The translations under genes were made by a program, and so were the position numbers. Shown piece by piece: positions 51,341 through 64,000 of a stretch of DNA of 64,000 nucleotides (its first letter is position 1; each line of letters begins with the position of its first letter). The notes beneath the pieces are model-generated. The model was not told the origin of the DNA, did no database searches, and saw only the letters and a list, made by a program, of their open reading frames with translations. Source of the DNA: Azolla caroliniana (lineage: Eukaryota; Plantae; Polypodiophyta); NCBI GenBank assembly GCA_043228905.1, contig JBHGNT010000003.1, positions 6,758,001-6,822,000 of the forward strand. The letters run 5' to 3'.

Positions 51341-54300
51341 TATATTTATTGTGTCCATAATATGCATATGCATGCAAGATTATGTATGAGTATGTATGTT
51401 CAAATGATTGCACATGTATGATTATATGCGCTTAAGATTGTGTGTATGCATGATTGCATGGACATATATGTGCATTTATGTTTAAATTATATGGTATGGA
51501 AACACCTCCTAAGGATATTTACTAATTACTTTCCCCCATTGATATTCACATGATTTGGTCATCGCTTCTCTATACTATTTTCCATTATGATGATGAATCT
51601 ATGAACCATGGTTTTAACACCAACTTCGGAATAGTTCGAGTACTTCCATTAGTGTCCATGCAGTTTTAGGGAGAAGGAAGGAGGTGCAACCATAATGGGA
51701 GATATATATGGAAGGCACGTTGCTCTCTCGTTTTTCATCAAGTTAGAGCCTCACCAATTGAATTGGTAAGTAATATTTGGTTGGACATGGTTCATACTTT
51801 AAAGGACAATGGGATTTCAAAAGGTTTTGTAATCATTTCCCTCATTATAGTAATATAGTGAACATAGCTTACAAGGAAACTCTTATACTAGCATAAGTTT
51901 AGTTGTTGATAATGCTCTATTCCATTGTAGTGTCGTCTATTCTACTATAGTGTCATAATCCTCGATGAATATAACATTATATTTTTGCACATTGATCGTG
52001 AAACAACTATTTGATCAAATGATCTAGATATAATTGTCTATGTACAAGTTTTGGAATAACCCTCTTGTTATGATGATGCACATTGAAGAGATCACAAACT
52101 ATCCCTCTTTTCGTCAAGCAAATTGTGCTATTGTTGAATAAGGCACATGAATTGATCTCACCCATTTTGCTAAAAACATTTCTATGTGGCAACAATAACA
52201 AAATGCTTTTGCTTTTCTTTTCTCTAAAGACCGGGTGATAGTAAGTACCAAAACAAAAAGGAGTAACTTTTTCTTGATATTAAATGATAATCATGAAAAT
52301 TTGACTCATTATCATTAGTGGCATATTATAATTTGGCATTCATAGAAAGTTTGTAACCTAATATTTTTTATATGTTAGAACAAGAGGAAAATCTTGGGTT
52401 CACATGAATTTGCAAATCTACAATATGTTGACTTTTAATTGTATTCTTTATGAAGCATGCATCATGTAATTAAGATGCTTGGAACAGTTTACACCGAAAA
52501 TCGAGTACTAAGGAGTGGCATCAAAGGCGATGATCAAATGGTACACAAGATATATGGTGATAACTTGGGGACACAACCATTTTTATCTATAAGTAAAGTT
52601 ACCTAATGATGTAGTCTACTCAATGTTTGAATATGCATGGCACTTGGTGCCTTGTAGGTATTCGACATTGGGGTTGGTCATGGATCAAGTGCCCATTGTG
52701 AGACATTCTATGTGGTTAACGCACAGTGGCCCTCTTTCATAGTGACCCGCAACAACAGTTTTGTGAAGTCTGACAATATTGCATGCACACTTATATCATG
52801 GCATGCACCATTTCATTGTGAGTTTTTTTTTTTTTTGTATCTTCTTGAATGTTCTTGAAATTTGCCTACCGACAGTGATCTACGCTTAATGTGTTTAATG
52901 TACGCCAATTGTTCACATCCTTGGGCAAATATTGAGCCTCATAAACAAACAATATATACTTGGATGCCATGAATATAGCTTGAAAGCCCACATGAAGTTT
53001 CTTTATAAATTCCCTTTCAAAGCATAAATGATATATATATATATATATATTGTTCATAATACTTATGCACATGTGGTCCATACATTTTAGTTTTTTAATT
53101 GTCAACTGCCCACTTGCCTTTTTATTTTGCTACTATGTGGTCATGACCTCATTCCTAATAACAACCAACACATGCAAACCTAATGAATATATAAAGAACT
53201 GGGTTGGGGGAATTAATGTCATACATTTTATGACTGTGAAACTATGAAAAGAAATTTGGGTTGTGATTTCCAAATCCTGCAATAGTTAGCTCCTTTTCTT
53301 GGCAAAATGACAAGCTTCATTAATTATATTGTGAAATTCACGAGATCTTTCAAAACTAGGTTTAAAAACAACGAGATGTTTCCAAAGTACTCCCTTAAAA
53401 TTTAGCCATTTGGATATTTAATGATTTTTTCTCTCCCTTGCTCACTACTCCAAAAGAATTGGTTGATTCCTATAGTATATGGATCCGATTCGATGTCAAT
53501 GCTTTTTGACCGCATTCAAAAGTCGCAAGTCTATACGTGTACAATTATGTGATTTTAATTACACATAGTACATGTTTACATCCAATATAAACAAATGCAT
53601 GGATAGAGAGAGTAAACAATTAGAAAATCAAGACTTTGGAAAAATATCCCCACTATCCAATGTCGTTAACGCATATCGTCATCACTTTATTTAATGGAGT
53701 TGGAATGCATGATCTCGTGGCCAAAGTAGCCACATAAAAAATAGTCAAATGTATATATGTATATATATATATATATATGTATAACAATGCTTACTTGTTC
53801 TTCCATATGAATGTGAGCATACTCATTTGTCACCCTTCATACTTTATCACCACGAACCAAAGTAATGGTCATTTGTTCAATCTGTATGAAATAAATTTAT
53901 AATCAAGGCATTTAATGTTGATAGTAAGTTTTAATTTCATGTTGGGGTGCACTTAGGTTCACATGAAACCATTTGTTAATTCTTGAGAATTCTCTCTTTC
54001 ATGAGAATATTCTTATAATAAAGACTTCATAGTTCTCATGGTTATGGTGCTACACTTATATGATCACACTACCTTTCTTATACTATTCAAGCGATTTGGG
54101 ATCACTTTCAAGACAAGTTAATATATTCACTTTTAAGACACTACTATATTGATTCCCTATAGGTAGATGATATGTGGACATTTAAAAAATATAAGTACAA
54201 AGTGGTGTGCTTTGGAGACAATGATAAAGTATTGTAATTATAATAATAACATTAATAAGTGAGATCATAGTCTAGCTCTTTTTTTCTATTGTTAAAACTA

Positions 54301-57300
54301 TAAAGCCTTACACTAGTGCTCTCTTTCAATAGTTTGGGGAATCCGAGACTTTGACCAAGAAGACGTGTAAGGAGTGTAACATACATAAGTGTATTAGTAA
54401 CATTACCAATAATTATCTCCAATTCGATGACATCTCTGATGTGACTTAACATCATGAAACTGAAACAATCTGGTATGTCATGTTAAAACAAGTTAATTTC
54501 GCCTATTTAAGAAATGGAAATTGATCTATGAATGGAGAAATTGGCAACTGATCTAGTAGAGCCAATGCGGCCTCACGACACATGTTCGTTATGGATGGGT
54601 CTATATGGTCGCAAGATCAGTGCCATGGTGCAGGCTCTTAGATTGTACATCTCCTGACTGGTTTCACACCGGTTCATGGATTTCATTACGTAGTAGGCAT
54701 GCGCCAAAGCTTTGTCGGATCGGTGCATGTCTCCACCACCACAAAAGACCGTTTGATCGATCGCTCAAGTATATCTATAGGAAGTGCTCCCGATGTACCG
54801 CACCAGGTGGTTAGGAGTAATCCGAAGTATGTTGACAAATTGGGCTTATAGAGAGTAGGGGTGGGGCTTGATTTTGTTGCCAATGATACTTGTTGATGAT
54901 TCATGATTATTATAAAGAATTGAGGAGAATAAAGTGGCATGATTTGTTACTTATACAATAAGATGGATAGAGACTTTACATATACATATTATATATACAT
55001 ATATACATACCATATAGATAACTTTAGAGACTTTACATATATGTACATACATAAAACATATAATATGTATATTTGCCAAGTTTGTATATAAATTTGTTTT
55101 GAAAATCTTCAAACTATGTATATATATATGACAGCTTTATTCTCCATATCCTTCCTTTTTTATATGATAACATTTTCCATATCCTTTTTATATGCCAATC
55201 TTTTGGGAAAGAATAATGACCCCCCCCCCCCCCCCCCAAAACATAAAATATGATTTGCAAATTTATGCAGGCAATGTGTTTTTCATGATCAATTATGATG
55301 GATAATGATTAATTATATTGCCTCATTGAATACATTAGCCAGTATATATTATTTGTATATAAGCTAATGTTTTTATAATGTGCTATTGTTGAATCAATTA
55401 TTATAGCCAGCGATACATAACATCAAAGCTTTCTGAGTATGAGAAACGCATTAATCCATATGTATATATTTGTAGCCATACATATATCGTTGGTGCTTCA
55501 AATGATTATAGTTATGAATTAATTAACTGCAAACAATTATGGGACGATTGAACCCATAAATGGATACACAATTATTGGACCATTGAACATAAAATTAATC
55601 CTCATATATTTGTAGCAATATTATCGGTGCTAAAAATTTGATTATACTTATGAATGAATTAACGGCAAACAATTATCGGACGGTTCTATGATATAATCAC
55701 GAGAATTATAATGGAATAGCTATAACAACATATAAGTATAAGGTAGTTCAGAGAACCAGCTATTTAATATAACCAGTATGTCGATATAATTAAAAGAGGA
55801 GAATTGAAGGATCGATGGTTAAATTGGGTATGCATATAATTTTGTGTGGATTAATTATTACACAATTTGATCAAAATGCTCACAAACATCAAGCAAATAA
55901 ATTGATGAATAATGTAATGAGTAAATCAGATGGGGAATTATAGATAAGTCTCTGATTCATTTATATGATCAAATAACAAGGATCACAAATATGTACAGTC
56001 AGAGAAAGAAAATCTGAGGGAAACAGTATCAAATTCTTTGTTCTGGCTTAAACAGATGATTATTCAGGGAATCGTGAGCATGTCGGTTGATACAGTAGAG
56101 AAATTTCTGGCATTTCTCAACATGCAGTAAATTATAACCGAATATTGTTTTCGGTAATGAGACAAGATTATGCAGGGGGATTAATGATAACGGAAGTTTA
56201 AAAGAGAACAAAAACTCTCGCAGAATAATAACAAAAAAGAAGAAGAAGAAGAAGAAGGAAAGGAGAAACATGGAAGAGAGGTGATTTAAGAAGGAGATCA
56301 AAATCAGTGAGACATGGTTGATTAGACAGACAATAGGAAGGAAGAAAAAAAAAAACCAACAGACAGTAACTGGTTTTTTTGTTTTTGTTTTTAAAGAAGA
56401 GAAAATCAAACCCTAAACCTACCAAATGAAGAAGAATTGATGATGATGACGGTGATGGCGATGGCGATAGAGTGCTGCTAAGTTTCCATGTTGAAATACA
56501 TAATAACATAACAAAAATTTGAATGGAAATACATAATAACATTACAAAAATTTGAATGGTTTATATGTTATTATTATTATGTTAGTTAATGCAGATCCCT
56601 ATACATACATACTGATGAAATAAAAGAATTGATTAAGTAGCATCACTTTGTCTGTCACTTAATTAATTAATACAGTACCCGCCTCCTCCACCTCCACCCC
56701 CACCCCCCACCCCAGTAATAATAATAGCGCCTTTCTCTCTCTAATTCAAATGCTTGTACTGACTGTAGTAGTATGTATGTATTCATCTGTCTCTCTGCTT
56801 ATGTATATATGTATACATATGTATGTATGTATGTAAAATATGTATATGCAGGCATGTATTTTCTATGTAATTATGTATGCATATATTTATGTGTAATTCC
56901 AGCATATATTTATGTATGTATGTATATATATATATATATTTATGTGTAATTCAAGCATATATTTATGTATATGTATGTATAATTTAAGCATAGAAGTGGT
57001 CGCAGAGCTACAGAGTTGCAGAGGAGGAGGCAAAGAATACAGTATTATTAATTAAGCTATAGATTAGGCAGGCAGGCAGAATTAGGAGCAGATCCAGGAG
57101 AGCATGACAGTATTAGGGTAAAAAATTACTATGTATTAATTCAAGCATACATATATGTATAACTGAAGATATATATATATATGTGGTAAATGTATGTATT
57201 AATTCAAGAATACATACATACATATATATATATATAAATGAATACATATATGTATATATGTGGTATGTATGTATTAATTCAAACATACATATAAATATGG

Positions 57301-59310
57301 TATGTTATGTATTAATTCAAGCAATACGTATATATAAATGAATATATATATATATATATATATATGGAATAATTCAAGCATTACATATAAATGAATATAT
57401 GTGTGGTATGTTATGTATTAATTCAAGCATGGATGTGGTAGCAGAGAGTGCAGAGTATTAATTAAACCCTAGATTAGACAGGCAGAGCTCTCCATGTGGA
57501 TGGAGAATTAGGAGGAGATCCAGGAGAAGGCATGCAGTATTTTTTTTTTTTTTAAATACATTAGGGCAAGTATTTTTTTATACAGAGGGAGAGAATTTTA
57601 AAAAAAAAGGAAAGAAGCAGACTAATTACTATTATAGTCTATAGATATGTATATATGTATGTACATACATATATGAATTGGTATTAAAAAAAATAGAGAT
57701 TGATATAGATAAATAAATGATTAATGAGCGATAAAAAAAGAGAGCAGAAGAAGCAAAACACATGTGAATGAGTTGGGAATTAAATGAATGAATGAATGAA
57801 AAAAGAAAAGAAAAGAAAAAAGACAGAGATGATCAGACTAGGAACCAATAAAATATGTACATAAATGCAACAGAAGAAGAGAAGGAAGAAGATGGAGATG
57901 GAGAGAGAGAAAGGAAAGAAAGGAAGGAAGGAAGGAAGAAAGAAACAGAGATTACATAGTTTTTATTACATGCATTATTATCAGAATCTTTGGGAAGTAG
58001 CAAAACCCTAGACAAGAAAACAGACTAGTTATAATTAGTATCAGTATTATTATTATTATCAATCAATCAAAATTTTATTATAAAGTAAGGGGGCCAAAAA
58101 AGAAGCAGGAAGGATTTTGGAGATGGTGGGTGTGATAATAATCTCTGTGTTGTGTGTGTGTTCATGATTTCTTCTTCACTTTCTGACAGAGAGAGAAAGA
58201 GAGAGAGACAGACAGACAGAACTGAACTGACAATTAAATTATATGTACAATACACATTACATAGACAATAATATGTATATATATATATATGTAATGTATG
58301 TATATAAAAAGCATATATAAATTATAATCAGCCATGAAAACAGAAATGAAAGACACAATTATATTGTATGCATAATAAATATATATCATCATGATCATCA
58401 AAAAGCAAGCAAAGCACCATTAACAGAAAGGAGCAAAAAAGCAAAGCAGAAACCCCTGGGAGAACAAAATAGATAAATAAATAAATAAAAAAGCAAAAAA
58501 AAAAAAGAAGGAGAAGAGAAATACATAAATATGTATGTACATACAATAAGAGTTTTTAAATAAAAATAAAAATAAAAATAAAAAAGCAATAAAGAAACAA
58601 GAAGAAAAAGAAAAAAAAAAACAGCAGAGAAAAGCAGAAAAAGAAAGCAAAAAGATGGAGAGAAGAGAGAGAGAGAGGAAACTTGCAGGAGAAACGAAAG
58701 GTGAAGAAATCAAAAAGCAAAACAAAGAAAAAAAACAAGGAAAGGAAATGAGAAGCCCAAAAAAGAAGAAGAAGAAGCAGAAGAAGAAGAAGAAGAAAAG
58801 CAGAGATGGAGAAGCAGTCCTTTTCTAAAAAAGCTGAAACTGAAGTCTGAGACCTCAGATTTCTCTGGTTTTTATTTTTTATTTTTCTCTCTGCATAGTA
58901 CGTAATATACTCGAATGCATTCGCAAAAAAACATTCTTTCCTCAAATGCATGGAAACGAATGCGTATGTTATCAAAATATTCTCCATGTTTTTTTTTTTT
59001 TTTTCCTTTACATTTTTTTTTTACCTTAAATTGTTTTTTTTTTTTTTTTTAAACCTTTTATAAACAATGAGTACAAAAAGTATGGTATTTTTACCATACA
59101 TACTTTTTTGAGGTTGTTTACCATTCTCGAATGACTGACTGAAGCATTCGCGAATGCTAAATGCACGTATGGTACGTATAGTTCATGGTGATCTTATTTT
59201 CTTTTTCTTCGTCACTGATTAATTTAATGTGTTTTTTTTTTTTTTTTTTTTCCCCCGGGAATAAAAAGAGAAAGAAAAGCAGAAAAGACAGACAAAAAGA
59301 GAGAGAGAGA

Positions 59311-59493
59311 GAGAATCGAGGGCTTGCCAGCTCAGCCCTAGCAGATGCGCCAGCTCACCTGCGCGCGACACGTGGCCTCAGGGGATTAGCCAGAGAGAGA
59401 GGGAGGTAGAGGGAGAATCGAGGGCTTGCCAGCTCAGCCCTAGCAGAGGCGCCAGCTCACCCGTGCGCGACACGTGGCCTCAGGGGATTAGCC
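59311..59493 (+). promoter_or_regulatory. Duplicated 81-bp GC-rich module, each copy with an ABRE/G-box ACACGTGGC
   Basis: Direct repeats 59311-59391 and 59413-59493, about 1 kb upstream of the ATG at 60463; donor-like AG|GTACGT at about 59512. The regulatory role is inferred. Confidence 0.55.
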
Positions 59494-60260
59494 GAAGCCG
59501 CAGGATCGTAAGGTACGTACCCTGCAATAAATTGCCTATTATTTATTATTTATTATTTATGACTTAATTACTTCTATTTATTATTTATAACTTATTGCTT
59601 ATTATTTGTTAATTTGCTATTTATTATTATTATTTTGTTTTTTTTATGGTTCGCCGGCTGAATCGTTTTTCTATTTTATTTATTTGTTTTGCTTTTTAAT
59701 GTTTTTTTTTGTTATTTATTATTTGTGACTTATTTTAAATAAATTTTTTTTTTTATGGTTCGCCGACTCAATCGTTTTTTTCATTTATTTTATTTTTGCT
59801 TTTTATGTTTTTTTTTAATGTTTTTTTCGAAATGGTATTTTTATCGCATCTGCGCAAATGGATTATGGAATTATGCAAATAATAATAATAATATTATTAT
59901 TTTTCTACATATATAATAATTAATAATCTGCGTCCTATTATTCTGATAATTCCCGATAATTCGAATAATTTAATACTTTTTGAAATAATAATAAATGGGA
60001 AAAAGCAAAAAAAGCCGTACAGAGTCAACATCAAAGGCTGCCTTCTTTTTCTTTTCTCTTCTTTAATTTATTTTTTAATTTATTTTTATTTTAATCCTCT
60101 CTCTCTTCTCTCTCTATTTTTCTTCTTCATTTCTGATCTTTTTCTCTCTGTTTCTTTCTTCTGTGTTTTCTTTCTTTCTTCTTCTGCCACGTTTTGGAGC
60201 TATGGTTTCTCTGATCCTCCTCTCTCCACTACTGTTTCTTCTTTAATCTCTCTGTCTCTG

Positions 60261-60294
<34 letters not shown>

Positions 60295-60462
60295 CCTCTT
60301 TCTTGCCTGTAATTTGATGCATTCATTCCTACTTCCTCCCTACCAAAATCGGAATTAATGATCCCAATTGCTGTTTCTGTATCAATCGGCCTCAAATTTA
60401 GGTCAGATCTAAGCAACCTGTATCATCGGGTGAACCAGAAGCATCACCATATATAGCTAGCT

Positions 60463-63102
60463 ATGGAGGATCAATGTAATGGCGAGATGGAGGAGGAGCC
60501 TAAACTTCAGAGAGAAGATCAAGCCTTCACTATAAGGTAAGAAAGCTCTCGTTTCTCTTTCTTTCTGATTCCGTCTCTAAATAGATAAATAAATAAATAA
60601 ATAAATAAAAATAAAATAGAATATATTGATCTACTTTTAACCTAAAAAAAAGCTTGAACAGTCTGCATATGATAATGAAAGTCACATATGTATGTATGTA
60701 TGTGATGATAATGTTTGAAGATCTATATTTTTCTGCAAATGATAATGAATTTGAGCCCCTTTCTCAGAGGCTATGTGGCAGCCATGAGAGAGCGAGACAT
60801 TAGAAAATGCTGGCCTTTCACCTCTGCACATCTGGAAGCTTCAATGAGAGGATTATCACATGGCCCCAGCTATGGCGATGAGGAAAGCAAAGACTCACCT
60901 CATCATAAGCATCATCACCACCATTTGCTGCCACCATTCTCCCCCCCTGTTTCTAATTATAAGCTCAATTTTAATGAGGGTTTCTTCACATCAGAAAAGA
61001 GTGCTAAAAAATATAACAGGAATACTGAGGATAATGATGATGATGATGATGGTGAGGATACAACTCTGGAGCCGCATGACACAATCCAGGTACAGATTGA
61101 GTTATTAAGCAAATCATGCGACAATGATAATCAAACTATTTGTGCTACCACGATTGCTACACATGATCATGATAATCCAACAATATGTCTCCCCAAGAAG
61201 AAGAAAACCTTGAATTGTAAGGATAACAGTGAGAAAACTAGTGGATTGCATCATCAGCATGGTCATGTTGATCACCATGTCATTGCCAGTAGGCCCTTCC
61301 ATTTATTAAACCCAAAGCCTACTCTGCAAAGCCGGCAATCGATCCGAGAAATCCGGCAAAGCATTATGGATCGAGGATGCCAATACTGCTCCGGCTCCGG
61401 ATTAACCCATATGATAACTACTACTAACACAAGAGAATCTCCTGGTGATCATTATCATCATGATCATCATGTCATCCTTCACTCGTCACCCCGGACATCA
61501 TCATCAGTAATGATGATGGCGACGAATTCTTGTGGTAGCATCAATGATGCTAATTGTGAGTGCCATGCTTCTACTATCAGTACTACTACTCATGGCTTTA
61601 GTAATCAGGATGTGGTAATAATGCCAGAGAATGTGAAAGAAGATCACATATTATCCGATATGCCATCAATAGGTCAGAAATCCTATGTTGTCATGGATAC
61701 TGATGCATCACTAACTAGCACTACAAGAGAAGTGGCCGATGAGTCTCAGAACTGCGATATTACTCGTACCAAGATTGCATATCGCGAACAATATCTCTTG
61801 GCCGATATTGAGGCCAACAATAGTATTAAGGGATCCGCATCAAATGAATGTGCGACTGTGACAAGATGCCCATCATCGCGGACCACGGGCCTGGATTCTT
61901 CAGCTAATGTGCTTAATGCTGAGGTTCCGCACATTAATTTACATGAAAACAATAGAAATCCAGGGAGTAATAAGATTATTGATGATAAGGGCGCTCGGTT
62001 AGAGGAGGAATTAGGTGAGACTGTGATGGAGAAGAATGGATCATATGACCGCAAATTGGTGACCAAAGAAGATAGAAGAATTAGTGCTAGACTTGGTTGG
62101 ATTCCGAAGACTACAGTTGAGCCAAGTATGCAAGATTCAAGTATTCGCGATCAAGGGACACCGCAACTATCCAGGACAAGTGCTATTAATTCAGATTCTA
62201 ATGGTCATCAAGCAAGTGATGATAAACACCTAATTGATGGAACAACCATTTCATCGAATTCTAACCCAATACTACGTACAAATTCCACAACCACACCTGA
62301 TCAGAATGTAGTGACGAATAATAATAATACCTTGATACAGAAGTGCCCGATATGCCTTCGTTTCCAAGCATCATCAAATACCGCCTTGAATGCCCACATT
62401 GATCACTGCCTTGCGTCGGCATCGCCAATGATGGCACTGGAGCCCGTCGTGTCTTCTGCCAATGACAAGACAAAAGCAAAATCAATTCAAAAGGTTAAAT
62501 CCAGGAAGATCAAATGTCGGTCTATAGCTGAACTATGCGCCATTGACAATAATCGAGTCGCAGCTCTTACCGCGCGGAAATTGTGCCCCATTAATTATAC
62601 AGACCTGAATCATCGCCATAATGATAGGCAACTTTCCGATGATCATGAGGATCTCGTGTTGAAAGCCAAACTAGACGTTGGAATGAATACAATGTCGCCC
62701 ACGAACCGAATACATGATCACCGTCGGAAGCGATCAAAGGTTGGCACTGGACGGACTAGAAGCTCATCATTCGATCATGACTCACAGCTTAAGATCAAGG
62801 AAAATATATCTCATGATCATTGTAGCAGAGATTCAGACAGTAGTCGCCATGATGATGATGATGATGATGATGATGGCGACGGCACTGATGATCATCAAAT
62901 TATGAGTGAAGTGCGGTACAAATCTAGATCACAGGTGCAAGCATTGAAGTTGCTAATGCGGCGGCAGAAGCAGCTGAAGCAGGGGCTTACCGATCCATCT
63001 ACAACCTTAGTGAAGACTCCCAAGATTTCACCAATGTCAACAGTTGGGCCCGCAACCTGCAAGTTAATAGTAAGAAGATCTCACTATGCCCTTATACATT
63101 AG
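60463..63102 (+). CDS. HAPLESS8/EMF1-like protein with a UBZ-like zinc finger; probably continues past the window
   Basis: Exon 60463-60536 spliced to 60768 rebuilds FTIRGYVAAMRERDIRKCWPF; zinc finger CPICLRFQASSNTALNAHIDHCL followed by KIKCRSIAELC. The frame stops at 63102, but a donor GTAAGA at 63070 may be used. Confidence 0.78.
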
Positions 63103-63479
63103 TCTTTTTAATGTAATCTTCTCTCATTACAATTTACAATTAACAAAAGTAAGTTGAACAATTAGTTTGAGCATTGAATATGTATTCAAATGGATGTATG
63201 CAGAATACATTTTCTTAAAGAGATAAGAAACACTAGGTATAGATAACACAAGAAATACATTCTCAGTCCATTGATGTTTGGACTACATAAAATCATTTTC
63301 TAATTGAGCGTTAGTACACAAGTGACAATACTGGATTGAACAATACTTTTTTGTGTCCACAAGATGTAAGAAGCTTGCTATTAGATATTTTAGCGAGTTT
63401 AACATTTTTGAGACTATCATAGTAGAGACCGGAAGAGGATTCGTATGTGCGCATGCACAGAACAGATCATTATGATAGT

Positions 63480-63532
63480 ATCATTAGAAGTGAAGAGGAA
63501 TTGAAGTTGGTATATACATTAGCTAATATAAA

Positions 63533-63564
<32 letters not shown>

Positions 63565-63756
63565 CCTTCGAAAATGGATTTAAATAAAGAATCAGTTGTC
63601 TTACAGAGATTATCTCATGATGGTGATAGCATCATTAGAAGTGAAGAGGAATTGAAGTTGGTATGTACATTAGCTAATATAAATGAGAAATATATATATA
63701 TATATATATATAGCCTTAGAAAATGAATATAAATAAAGAATCAGTTGTCTTACAGA
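63480..63756. repeat. About 152-bp tandem duplication with an internal (AT)n
   Basis: atcattagaagtgaagaggaattgaagttgg...aatcagttgtcttacaga occurs twice. Confidence 0.9.
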
Positions 63757-64000
63757 AGTAATCTGATGGTGGAAAGGGTTTGCACCAGTCACATGAAATA
63801 TGCATAAAAAAGCTGCAACATGTTTGAATATGTATTTGGAAGCTTAGAAAATTCGAAACATAGGGAAGATTGGAAACTTTAGATTTAGCTTGGTGAATAC
63901 TGTTAACATATACACCAACAAGCGACTCCGCCAAGTTAGAGTTGATGATCTCATACTATCGTCAATATAGCTTATGGAATCAGGATGTCACCTTTAGAAT

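Noticed and set aside
56029-58987. Phe/Leu-rich membrane-protein-like ORFs
   Set aside because: They are translations of low-complexity A/G-rich tracts.

Overview
Eukaryotic land-plant nuclear DNA. A fern is the best guess, inferred from the PLS-PPR remnant and the retroelement and intron style. The window is AT-rich and dense in transposons. Host genes: the 3' half of RFT1 (15-2812, +) with two U12-type introns; a complete 5-exon ALY/THOC4 mRNA-export adaptor (18156-22211, -); a plant-specific uncharacterised gene with a long TE-filled intron (about 33184-43005, +); and the start of a HAPLESS8/EMF1-like zinc-finger gene (60463 onward, +). The main feature missed by the ORF track is a minus-strand cluster of five U3 snoRNA copies at 4.5-15.1 kb. 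Four are full length with USE+TATA (Pol III-type) promoters and T-run terminators. The fifth is a promoterless 3' fragment joined to its neighbour through in-register telomeric repeats. The rest is decayed Copia and Gypsy elements, solo LTRs, hAT-type MITEs, LINE fragments (one 5'-inverted copy sitting in an (AG)n microsatellite), minisatellites and a PPR pseudogene. I found no clearly new protein-coding system. The best leads are non-coding or mechanistic. All gene models and alignments were read by eye.
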